A stretch of 64,000 bases of DNA, taken from NCBI GenBank assembly GCA_030141605.1, contig JAQGDQ010000300.1:124001-188000 (forward strand). The letters are read 5' to 3'. Shown in pieces: positions 13,303 through 25,256 of this stretch (the first letter of the stretch is position 1; every line of letters starts with the position of its first letter). The DNA comes from Tubiluchus corallicola (lineage: Eukaryota; Animalia; Priapulida). A program made the translations under genes and the position numbers. Below the pieces are notes generated by a model, which saw nothing but the letters and a program-made list of their open reading frames with translations, ran no database searches and was not told the origin of the DNA.

Positions 13303-15029
13303 GTGTTCAGTGGGTTTGGATCCTAAACTTGCTCAAATGCTACAGATGAGGACAATTTCTGTATGACAAGCATACCGCGTAGTTTATAATACTAGTACAG
13401 TACCATTTTGGCAAGTATGACAAAGCGCCTTAGTTAAGCTGTCGTCATTTTAACTCATTTCCTTTTTCTGTACATTTATTTGGCTACACACATGTGCGCT
13501 CTGTACAGCATGAGCCTATTTTCACAAGCGTTATTGAATGACTCACAGAAAAAATTCGGCGCCTTCTATCGCTAGGCAAATAGATTTAATTAGAATAGGA
13601 CGTTTCAGTTAAATCCTAAACTATTCTCAGCTGGCATATATGTAATAAATGTGTTAATTAATTCGCAGTAAAATTTTATAGCTAAAAACTTTTCCACATT
13701 ATAAAATATATAAAAATAACCTACACCATCAATTGCTACCTGGAATCCATTAAATACTTTACAAGGACTTTATGATTCATTAAAATATTTTGAAAATAAA
13801 CATAAAACAACGAGAGTTTAGATGTGACTCATTGTTTCATTATATTTATTATTAGTGAAAATTTTTGTGATTTTTAGCAGTGCATATACTCTTAATCGTA
13901 AGAACATGTTTTATGAAACCAGTGATCATGACAGCTGCAAAGAACTATAGAAGGTAAAATGTCGCATTGTCTAATATTTCATAAACATGGCTGACGTTTA
14001 ACATGAAATTTGAATTTAAGGCACTGTAAAATTTGTCTAGTTTACAAATTAATAATAAAATTAATTAATAATATAAGATGAAATGATTATTAGACGGGCT
14101 GAAAAAATCCCACATCCACCAGCCCAAGAACTGAACCCAGCTTTCTTGTGATACGTTAAATATAATAAACACTTTAAGGTGGCAAATTGTTCGTTTTTAC
14201 TGATCTGTTTTTTACTGATTAAAAGTTACTGAATTTGTAATAACAGTATTTGTGACGAAATCAGAATAATAATTTGGGACGAAATGCACGCGCATCAAAA
14301 CAGTTTGCAAACCTTGTTCAAATTTTGCAATATGAGTAGCGTATCTATATACGGTACTAATTTCAGTATCCCTGCAGTTTTTGTTTCACTACGTGTACAT
14401 TCGTGCGTGTGTGAAGTATACTTTTGAATTGAATTAATACATGCACTTTTAATTCACATAGGTACATTAAAGTATTCTAGATACATTATGCGAATTCAAT
14501 TTACTTGCCCAGTGTAATTTAAAGCAAAATGCTTAGACAAACCTGTTAAACTTATACGATAAAAATCAGATAAATTTAATAACTTGACAATACAATATAT
14601 AGTTGATTGGTTCCCTAGCAACCATTAATTACAGTCTCTCGTGGAGAAACATCTGAAACAAAATTAAGCACTCAAATTTATCAAACAATAACGCTAGGCC
14701 AATAACGGGACGAATATAACTAATTCTGAATTAAGGAAATACCAGTGCATTATTTATCACTAATTCTTAGTGTAATGCACTGACAAATGACAAATATAGA
14801 AACAGTTTTAAAATAGCCATTTTAGAGCACATTAAAACGAACCAAATTAAGAACATGAAAAGATATTGCTATTGAAGTGACAGTCATAAGACTAAACTCA
14901 CACAAGAATTAAAAATGCACAAATAACAAGTAACACAACTGCATATACAACGTCATTCTCCATTACAGATTTTGTCTCAGTTCAAATGCATATTCATACT
15001 CGTACAAGAACTACTAATGCACGCTGGCA

Positions 15030-15145
15030 TAAAAAGATAAGATTTAAGGCGATCTTTAAACTCGTTAATATTTTCTTATTTTTTACACGTAATGGTAATT
15101 CATTCCAGAGCCTGGAGCCTGCTATTTCAAAAGATCTGCCACCGA
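15030..15145 (-). mobile_element. 3' end remnant of a CR1/L2-clade LINE ORF2
   Basis: Minus strand translates GGRSFEIAGSRLWNELPLRVK, then after a frameshift ENINEFKDRLKSYLF. This matches the typical R-S-F..A-G-P..WN.LP....FK..LK..LF C-terminus of L2/CR1 ORF2. Confidence 0.65.
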
Positions 15146-15243
15146 TTATTGACCATCAGTGGTAGCTAGTTGGTGCAGCAACAGTAATTGCTAGCATGAA
15201 CATGTAATTTGACCTAGGGATACAGGCATGTCATTAAACCATG

Positions 15244-15942
15244 GCTACCGTTTAAACGATCAGTTTTTAAACTGTCAAACTAAAACTGACAAACAAAAAC
15301 TGTCAGTCTAAAAACTGATGCGTGTTTAGGCGACATCAAAGTTTACTCCGTCGAACTCTGGTAATAACTATCCAGCAAGGGGCCAATATTATAGCAGACA
15401 TGCTTTGCTATCTATATTGGGCTAGCTTGTACGATTAAAAAAGGAGAAATTGGAAGAGAAAAAATTAGAATAGTTTGGACAAATATAACTTTTATTGCAA
15501 GAAGTTCAGTTGAACTAACCAACGCCTGTATAGCACACCTATAACACTGTTGCAAAGTGTTTAGTTGACTGGTACAAAGCAGTACAGGCTGTACAGCAAA
15601 ATCAGAATTTTCTTCTTTGTTGTCAGCAAAATCAAAATGTCTTTTGTATTACCACTATTTCTACCCTGTAAGTTCCAATATCAGCCAACATGCAACAGTG
15701 CTGGACGTTGTATTATATTTATAACAACTTGCTGGATTACTAACGACAAAATTCCTCGAGCTCTGCGCGAAATGAACAATCGGTATGAAGTATCGAGAGC
15801 GCGACGCTATTGGCTGTTCAGTCTGAGTTCGTCAGTTTTTGTTTGATGAATTCAAGACCGTTTGCTACCATCAAACTTTGTTTGTCAAACTAAAACTGGC
15901 AAAAAAGATTGAAGAAAAAAAGCCGATCGTCTAAACGGCTCT
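15244..15942. mobile_element. Degenerate TIR element, possibly a PIF/Harbinger-like MITE
   Basis: Imperfect inverted ends CCGTTTAAACGATCAGTTTTT and AAAAAGCCGATCGTCTAAACGG, with internal TGTCAAACTAAAACTG repeats. The terminus GTCTAAACGGCTCTA recurs at about 40609-40623. Confidence 0.45.
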
Positions 15943-16467
15943 ACGACAGCTCTGCTACAGTCTCTCATCTCAGACAAGCATCCTTAACAATAAGCTACGT
16001 TCTGGTACTAACCCAAGTATCAATCTTAGTAGACTCTGCATTAAATGCTAGACTATATTAAGACAGCAAGATGCCAAAGTGCGTAAAAGAACCACTGTTG
16101 TAAATCAATTTAAAATGAATTTCCTCGGAAAAATTTCAACTCTGTTACGAACTTTTGAAGCTAATGATTATTCTGTCCTGTTAATATTGCACCAAAATAT
16201 CTGTTCTGAAATAAAATAAAAAATATGTCTATCCCCAAAGCTGGCATTTATCCCCAAAGAAGCCAGTATATAACATATTTCCTGTTATTTTCAAAAGAAA
16301 AGCAGAATGGTACACTGAACTAAATTATTATTATGAAACAACTGAAACGGCTAGAAAGAAACCATTGTTCTTGTAATCGCAACAGCATAATTATAATAAC
16401 AAGTTTATAAAAAAATTCAAAAATATTGCAACCCTATAATGGGTCCTATTTTATTAACATATCGACT

Positions 16468-19400
16468 TCAAGCTTTGGCCTGAGCGCCGAATGCTATCCA
16501 GCTTATGATATAGCAGACAAGCATTAGTATAAATGTACATCTGTCCACCACAACTCCAATAATTTTCCATTCTTCAGCAATCACTGCCAAAGCGGCCTCT
16601 TTCTTTCGCTCATGTCGCTCGGACGAATCTTCCGAATTTCCTGTCTCGTTGTCTGCCGACCTCGACCTGATTGCCGCCTGGTGGACCTCGGTGGTGTCGA
16701 CCAACGTCACAAGTGTAAGTAAACGAAGGAACACGGTTCGAACCCAGGCAGGAATGGACCTTTTTATTTGTCGATGGTGCATGTTTGACACGATGACTGA
16801 TTCCAGGATCAAGAGTAATAGCAACAGCATTGTGAAGTCATATATACAAACTGAAAAAAAATCACAATTAAAAGAAAAACCTGACCTACTCTTAAACTAT
16901 AGCTCAAAACAATTTACCCTACATTAAAAGGTGGAACATGCTATTATTTCAACAATGACTTACGTGAAACGATTACCACAAAAACATAATTTCACATTCA
17001 CGCGGCTGGTTCTATTTGCTATTCGGTAATTAGATGAGTACTAGTGCCTGCATCTCTGTCGTGAGTGAAAATCTAGTCACGATTATGTACTTTGTACATG
17101 GAGAGTGTGTCGCGGAAACTGCAAAAATTTTGATTGCTCCTGAAGACCCGGGACGTACATTCAACTTCAAAATGAAATCAATAGGAGTTATAGATTAGTT
17201 AAATTCAGTTAATTGCAATCCTAATTGATTGTGTAAAAAAGCCTAACACACAGGTACAGTTACACTTTATTGCATACAAGTAAAATTAAATTTTGTGGGT
17301 CTAGCGCACGGGCCCGTGGGGGAAAGAGTTGCCAGATGAGCGGGGGGGGGCTAAAATAGTTTCATCTAGGGCGTCAAACTACCTAGAGCCGGGTCTCGGA
17401 ATCGTGTTGCAACGGATGCTGTACTTTTCACCTCAGAGGGATTCTGTTTGGACGTTTTGTACACATTCGTGAGTTCATACGTCAGTACAGCAGTAAACTT
17501 CAAATTTAAATCTTTAAACTTAAAGGAAAACAGGATGATTTTTCATATCCTATTCCATTTTGAAGTACGGTAAAAGCATGCATTTTAACACCTATAATAA
17601 TGACAGAGCATTTCTGATAATTAAATAATAGGTTAACTAATTTGATTAACGGCGACTGAGCCCAACCAGTAATGACATCACAACTCAACATAATTTTTAA
17701 CAGCACATATAATTCCGCAAGCGTGCTGCACGTGTTTGCGAAAGCGAAAATTTAAGTGCAGTGCACACAGTACAACATATAGTGTTGTATACAAAAGTTG
17801 AAAATTCAAATTTACCGCTGTGCCACGCATGAGCAGTTGACATGTGCACTACGTCACGTATGTACAACTCTAAACAGAGAAGTACATCACGTGTTTTTTC
17901 TGTAACGTGTTTCCGAGATGTAAGCGATAGTGCCAATCTAACTAACGAATGGCAAAAATGCATATTTCAGCAAAGAACTAGCAGCGCGAACGCAAAATTT
18001 ACTTAAAAATGGGGTCGGATATGAAAAATCATCCTGTTTTCCTTAAAGATGAGTTACCTTTAATTATATAAGGCAAAGTATGATTCTAATTAACGTTGCC
18101 TCTCGAATTATTGACCAACTACTAGAAAAATTACACTATAAAACTGCTCATGAAGTGTTGCCATATTATTGACAATATTCTATTGCCCATTGTATGGGTT
18201 TTCAGCAGGTATTTTACAGGTAGGTTTACAAGCAACATGTTCCTTGCAAGTAACACACATACAAAAATAACATATTTTCGTGAATTCAGAAACAAATGTT
18301 GGTGAATTTCAAGTACTTCAAATATTTCACAAAATTAGTCTTACCTATTAACGGAGAGGATGGTGTAAACTTCATAGGCATAAATTCCTCAACTGATATG
18401 CTAATAACTGTCAGCGATACAAAAGACAGCATGGCGCTCACCATTCTCTCCTTTGAAGCTATTGGAAGCCACAGCATGAGCAAGCTAATCGTTTGCACAA
18501 CAACGCATGGTAATACCGTCATTTTAACGTATGGCGTTGAATTACGACGTATCCATAGGTAAAACTTGGCTAAATGAATAGGTTCATCTGGACAACATGG
18601 ATAGACTGTCTCGTGTATCACTGCTTTGGTGTTTGTCACTTTCCATTCGGTGCTCTCCCAGTATTCTCCCAGATATATCTCATGTTCGTCGTGTAGTTCC
18701 AGCTTCAACTCCACCCCATTGTAATTCCAAGATCCCAGTATGATTACACACAATTGGTCGTCAAATGGAAATCGGCTGTAGTCCAACTTGCAAAAGGTGG
18801 CCAGTTCCGCTGGTGGTAACCACATCACACTGCCATCATTGGTCACGGTCACGTAAGCTTTGCTGCTGAAGCGAGCAAAATCCGGATGCGCGCTGGAAAA
18901 TAAGACGTGCCTTTCAATAATAATTGTATTTTTTGCAATTCTTCGTAGGTTAAGTCTCATTGCTTTAAAGAATAATTTATAATCATTAAACTCAAAAAGA
19001 AACTCTGACATTCGGATCCGTCCGATTAAATTGACCCACGTATACCCGCGGCCTTCTGATAGCCGTGCTAGCTAGCGATTGCGTTACAGAGTTACCCCTA
19101 AAGAACTTTCAAATTTAACAATTATATCGCTAAGTACCAAAACTTGCCTTAAGCTGCCTTGTAATTACAAAAAACAGAAGTTAACTAAAGTCACAGTTAA
19201 TCTTGCAACTTTCATTAAATAAATGATATGCGTATATAATTACTTATTATTCTCTAACAGGCAAGGCAACTTATTAGTTGTACGATTTTAATGTCAATAA
19301 ACCCTGAAAAAACTACACTCATCAGATTTATAAAAGAAACTGAGACTCCATTCTCGGGGATTGAACTCAAACCTTCTTGATGCTAATTATTACCAATACC

Positions 19401-19980
19401 ATGTAAGCAATGCCACTACATTACCCCAAGGGTGGAGAAGGTTTTTTCTGTCAACCTAACAGCTAAAAGATTTAAGGTAGTAGTGCATTTTAACAAATAT
19501 TAATTACTTTATCTTGCCAACCACAGATTAATGAATGCGTGGACTGACTATTTGACATCAGCTGTCACCACAAATGTACCAGTCATATTAGTTTGCTCTA
19601 ATTAGTTTTTTAAAGTTTATCCCAAGTAAAAATTGCTGAAGCAATTTAAATGTACGAAATCGAATGCATACTTGTTGTACAGAAATATGTCAGGGGTCCA
19701 GACAAAATTAGACTGTAATCTAATTTGTGATATTCCATCATAATCAGAAGCATTCCACTTAAAATGCTCGTCCTTCCAGAACTGTAATGTCAAAAACAAC
19801 CAGACACACAATAATAATTTTAGCAAATATGACATGGTTTTACAAATTAATTATTAAAATTTTAATGTCAAAATTATTATTAATAATATTACCAATCCAC
19901 ATTCCACAATTTATTCAATTTTGTTATCAAACTTAAAAGGAGGAAATTATTTATTTATTTATTTATTAAAATTATTTATT

Positions 19981-20016
<36 letters not shown>

Positions 20017-20029
20017 TTTTATTTATTTA

Positions 20030-20060
<31 letters not shown>

Positions 20061-23000
20061 AAATTTTATTTATTTATAATTATTTTATTTATTTTATTTA
20101 TTTTATTTTATTTATTTATTTTATTTATTTTATTTATTTATTTTATTTATTTATTTTATTTATTTATTTTATTTATTTTATTTATTTTATTTATTTTATT
20201 TATTTTATTTATTTTATTTATTTATTTATTTTATTTATTTATTTTATTTAATTTATTTATTTATTTTATTTATTTATTTTATTTTATTTATTTTATTTAT
20301 TTTATTTATTTATTTATTTTATTTATTTATTTTATTTAATTTATTTATTTATTTATTTATTTATGTACAATATTCATTCCCTCTATTTCCGGGAATATGT
20401 TTAAAATTTCTAAACGCATTTACAAGGCATTAAACATAGTCATACATGTATTTTTATAATTTTGAATCTAACGTATGAGACACAATAAAACACAACGATT
20501 ATATACAAAAGACATAGTTACAGATTATAATCCATCACAACATACACAATAAAAGATAACGAACATATTTTAATGCATAATAACAAAATCTACATGCATT
20601 ACACACAATGAAAAACAGCGGGTACAACTATAATAAACATAATTACCAATTCTTATGCAATTACACATAATAAATCAATAAAAACAAAACAGCATATAGA
20701 AAACACGACGTAAGTTGTACAATTTCAACACTAATAGACTATATACGGGCGAAAGACGATAAAAACTCATCCGAGAAAAGATTTGCAAAAGCATTATAGC
20801 ATTATTATCTCGGTTAGAGAAAACATAATCTGAATCTAATAAAATCACTTCTTTTGGTTTGGTTTACTAATGTACATTGAAATAATAAATGATGTACAGA
20901 CTGAGGGCTTATTAACAGTTACATATATACTATTAGGAGCATGCTCAACTTTGTACAAAAATTCCTTTAAATTTACCTGCTTAAGTAATAAACTGAAACC
21001 TAACCTAATTCTCTACTATAATTTGTTCTTACCATTCTGAGCCACACATATGTACCCAGTACTTCTTTCCATTCATCCTGAAAAGAAAAAGAGTCAGTTC
21101 AAGGTTACTCCCATTGTCAGAAGATCGTAACTTAATTAGAACAAACTTTCCTACGTCGCCTTGCTCTACTTAATTCAGTCAAACTTTCTCTCTGCAGAGA
21201 ACAATAATACGATTTTACAGTAAGTAAGAGTATGAAATATGCAAACAGAAAAGAAACTCACAAGTTGTACTATTTGTTTAAGAGACATTCCCAACTGCAC
21301 GGTTGTTGACTTAGAAGAATTATAATTAGGACGAATTTGGGGATCGTAATAAGTCAGCAAGGCATCCTTCAATCTCCGCTCCGCTTTGATATACCATGGA
21401 TTTCCTGTAAAATTAGAACAAAACTGTTCGTAGCACTGCTATTTTGACCTTGTCGTCTGGATCCATTAGGTTGAGCGCAGAACTACATTAGAAAATGATT
21501 TTGAATACATCTATTCTATGTCGTCATTTCTGCTTAATGCAGTTGTGAGCTGGCTCATTACCAGGAATAATATTTTAAAATTCGCCCCCCGTTCCTCGCG
21601 GTGGGCCCGATTCGAAAAATAAACCCCCATTGGCACGACACTAGATCGAAACCTTTCGTTTGATGTATAGATCGCCGCAAATGGTGCCGTCGTCGAAGCT
21701 GTAGCCTCGAATCTTATATATATATATATACCAGCAGAATTAATATAAACGATGAAGCAGTAAACCGGTTGACGATACTAATGGTAGTAACGAAAATGAC
21801 ATTTTTGGCTGATGATAGTAGCAAAAAAAATTAAACTCTCACTTCGCCTTCCGTAATCATTGCCGTTCCATTTAACCATCCATTGCTTGCATATTCAAAA
21901 ACATTTTGTGGCGTGTTAGAAACTTTACACGCTTTTTAATTGATAACTAGCAAAGGCCCCGCAAAAATTTTGTGCATAAATACAGTTATAATCAATAATA
22001 CGAGAACATCCTACATAGTCCTCATTTATAACGCAAAGCCAATAGCAGCTTTTACTGAGTCAAAATTATAAGGTTATAAGGAGAATATAATGGTTGACGT
22101 CAGAACAATGGCTTTGCGTCAGCAGTTTTCCAAACGAAAATTGCCAAAAATGGAACATCTAATTAACGCCTCGCTACTCCTCTTAGTGGACGTGTCCTAA
22201 AATGTAGCCCACATCATCGTGTAGCCCTGTTCTTCCTCTTTCTAAAGAGCCACATACATATCTCCTTCCAAGAGTCACACTAAGCGCCGCTAATACGTTT
22301 TTTTCTACAGGCCGTTTGAAAAAAAGGCTACACGCCAAGCTTTCGAAAAAATTGAGAGTTGGGTCCAGGAAAAGCCCGTTACTGGACGCCGTGGCCCTCC
22401 TGCGAAATATAAATGCGCCTACTACACCCACCGTTTAACGGGCTATCTATACGTGGCCAGTACTGCCCCCGGCCCGTTCCCGTTCTTCAGAAATAAGAGG
22501 TATAAGTTTTGCGAAAAACTTATTGCAGTTTTTTGGAGGTTTTTCGCCCCCGTTCGTCCCGATGAGCCCGATTCGAAAAATAAACCCCCAATGGTACGAC
22601 ATTAGATCGAAATCTTTCGTTAGATATATAGATCGCCACAAACGGTGCTGCCGTCGAAGCTCTAGCCTCGAATCTTATACCACCGAAATTAATATATAGA
22701 CTAGCAAAGGCCCCGTAAAATATTTTGTGTATACATTCACTTATAATCAACAATGCGCAAACATTCTACCTAGTGTTCGTTTATTTACCTAAAGCAAACC
22801 CAGCAGCAGTTTTTACTGAATTAAAGTTATAAGGTTATAAGCAGAGTATAATGGATGACGTCAGAACAATGGCTTTGCGTCAGCAGTTTTCCAAGCAAAA
22901 ACGCCGGAAATGAAACCTCCAATCAACTCGTCACAGCTCCTCAGCGTGAAGACGTCCTAAAATACAGCCCACGCTACCGTGTAGCCCTGATCCTCGTCTT

Positions 23001-25256
23001 TCTAAAGCACTATATATATCCATTCGAGAGTCCCACGAAGCGCCGCTAGAATGTTTTTCCGCATGCTGTTTAGTCAAAATTTCGAAAAAAAAATCAGGAG
23101 TTGGGTCCGGGAAAACGTCCGTTACGGGACACCATGGCCCTCTCGCGAAATCTAAATATGCCTACTACACCTACCGCTGAGCGGGCTATCTATCCATAGC
23201 CAGCAGTACCCATGGCCCATTCCCGTTCTCCAGAAATAAGAGGTATAAGTTTTGCAAAAAACGGCCGATAAAGGGCCATTTTTGGAGGTTTTTCGCCCCC
23301 CCCCGTTCGTCCCGGTGGGCCTGATTTGAAAAATAAGCCCCCAACGAGACCACACTAGATCGAAACCTTTCATTTGATGTATGGATCGCCGTAAATGGTG
23401 CCGCCGTCGAAGCTGTAACCTCGAATCTTATATACGCACACACACACATATATATATTAGTATTAATTTCATCTTCGTTTATTATTATTGATGCAAACTG
23501 ATTTGATTTGAATTCTTTACTCTACATAACTGAGACTAAAAACGTGATTTCCTGAATTGGTTACCTGTGAGACGTGGTGAGACTATAGGAAATATTCACA
23601 TTTCAGTTCCTTGCAAGACTTGACGCCAGTATTTGATTGCTCACTGGTTTTTGCCTGAATAATAGCTTTGCCATTGTGTTTTTCTACTGTTGATAATCAT
23701 GGTAGTAACTGAATGATTAGTTTTTGGTGTAACTTTGTTATAATTGTGTGATTAGGCGAAACATGACATGTTTCTTGCTTACTGTTATTGATGTTCGCTT
23801 CTTAATTTAATCTTTATTTATACTCAGCCAAGAGTGAAATTAATAACAAAATTAGCGGCAAGTCTCAAAACATTAAAAGTAAGAGGTTAAAGGGGGAATA
23901 GAAAAGATTGAAAATTGCTTCTACGTTTTTGAAGATTTTGCAATTTTGTGAACTGTTTTCTACTTTACTAGTATTCTGCAAACTCCATCTTTAGTAAGTT
24001 TCAATTTCAGCGTATAATTTTATGACCTAAACTGGTAATTTCATAGTAGTAAAAAGTCACAGTTAAACCTGCCTGTACATTTAAAGTACGAAGAATGTGC
24101 TAATCTTAAGTTCATTTAAAAGGAAATAATGGCTACAAATTTTAATTAATCTATCGTCAGCTTTTGAAAAGACTTTTACACAACTAGCAAAACAATGACA
24201 AAAAACAGAATGATTATAAATGTTTGAGGCGAAGTGAAATACTTTTTGCTACAAGTTCATAACCTGCAAGCCGACATCCAGCTCCCGGCGCTTGAAGAAT
24301 TCACCATTAATGTAGTTGATTGTTTCAGGACGAATAACGATCTTACTATCAAGAACATTGTTTATAAAATGAAGTACGCGCCATTGCGTGGCAACTCATT
24401 CTCTAAGTACGTATGGCAAAATGGTAGAAATATCTCGTTAGCTGAACATCTGTTGTAGCATTAGCAGTGGACCCATGGCTGTTGGATAGTTCAGCAAATT
24501 CAACTAAAGTACATTTTTCATATATTCTCAATGTGTAAGTATATATGATAGCGTTTTTAAATTTTTAATAACAAGAACGACATCAATTTCATAATCACTC
24601 CACAATATCGATGAATTTTATAACATTGTTTATTAAAAAATCAACTTTTCAACAGCACACTAGCAACTTCTATCGTGCATATTGAAGGTGGCTGCCAGTG
24701 TTCAGCTGAAACATTGATTTTTTAAATAAAATATTATGAAATTTTTTGATATCGTTGTGGGTTACTTATTAAAATACGTGTACGTTGTATAACAGACGTA
24801 TACCAAAATCATGTTTATATTTAAAATATCACTTTCATTGTAACATTAATGCCGATAGACTGCAATCGATGCCGATTTTTATCAGTGATTTTTAACTGTA
24901 TTAAAAGATTGGGGGCAGATAAAACAGAATAAATTTAAAGCTGGCTATATTTACGATCTTAAAATTTTCAACCAACAGTAAGTGTGCAAATAATAAAACT
25001 GAAGTAACCACATGCAAACTACAGGAAATCGACCTCTTAAAAAGTGAATGAACTTTTCTGCATCAATCATTATAAAACTGACAAACTGATAAACACGAGC
25101 GGTCAAAAAACTTCACAACGTACCCAACTTAATCGTGACGTCCCCAGGCCCGCCGTAATCACTACTTGGAGGTAATCCGTGACAAGAACAAGAACAGAAG
25201 AGAAAAAATATCATCAAAATAGCAAATTTGGCATTCGTTGACCAGATATCCGCCAT
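16468..25256 (-). CDS. Divergent nicotinic acetylcholine receptor alpha-type subunit (Cys-loop ligand-gated ion channel), about 453 aa
   Basis: Six in-phase GT-AG exons: 25124-25256 (signal peptide MADIWSTNAKFAILMIFFLFCSCSCHG), 21262-21404, 21033-21077 (45 nt), 19672-19781 (110 nt), 18345-18892, 16468-16850; total 1362 nt. Motifs: WTPDIFLYN, Cys-loop CKLDYSRFPFDDQLC, GSWNYNG, vicinal cysteines YPCC, four hydrophobic segments, and EWKIIGVVVDR before M4. Confidence 0.93.
17524..18043. mobile_element. MITE with long TIRs, Kolobok-like (TTAA-associated, AGG...CCT termini)
   Basis: About 45-bp imperfect inverted repeats with a perfect core AGGAAAACAGGATGATTTTTCATATCC / GGATATGAAAAATCATCCTGTTTTCCT. 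TTAA on the left and TAAA on the right. Confidence 0.7.
19947..20363. repeat. (TTTA/TTTTA)n low-complexity microsatellite in an nAChR intron
   Basis: About 415 bp consisting of A/T only, built from TTTA, TTTTA and TTA units. Confidence 0.95.
21580..21752 (-). mobile_element. 5' fragment of a non-autonomous Helitron-like element (family D)
   Basis: Homologous to about 22540-22700 and 23290-23435 (CCCGATTCGAAAAATAAACCCCCA...TAGATCGAAA...GTCGAAGCT.TAGCCTCGAATCTTATA). Minus strand begins A|TC at 21752. Confidence 0.65.
21947..22700 (-). mobile_element. Non-autonomous Helitron-like element (family D), full-length copy 1 (754 bp)
   Basis: On the minus strand it starts TC (22700-22699) and ends with an imperfect hairpin (CACAAAA-T-TTTTGCG) followed by GGGCCTTTG-CTAG|T at 21947/21946. 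No TIRs and no TSD. Confidence 0.75.
22701..23460 (-). mobile_element. Non-autonomous Helitron-like element (family D), copy 2, head-to-tail with copy 1
   Basis: Colinear, diverged homologue of 21947-22700. Its CTAG 3' end (22701) directly abuts the TC start of copy 1. The 5' end is blurred by a (CA)/(TA) microsatellite near 23435-23460. Confidence 0.72.

Noticed and set aside
13598-13633. Hammerhead-ribozyme-like motif on the minus strand (CTGAGAA-stem-GAAAC), Penelope-like; a similar CTGATGA-GTCGACGAC-AAA occurs at about 9272-9291
   Set aside because: Each lacks an invariant core base (CUGANGA or GAAA), and I could not identify stems I and III. At most they are decayed remnants; an Infernal search with hammerhead models would settle it.
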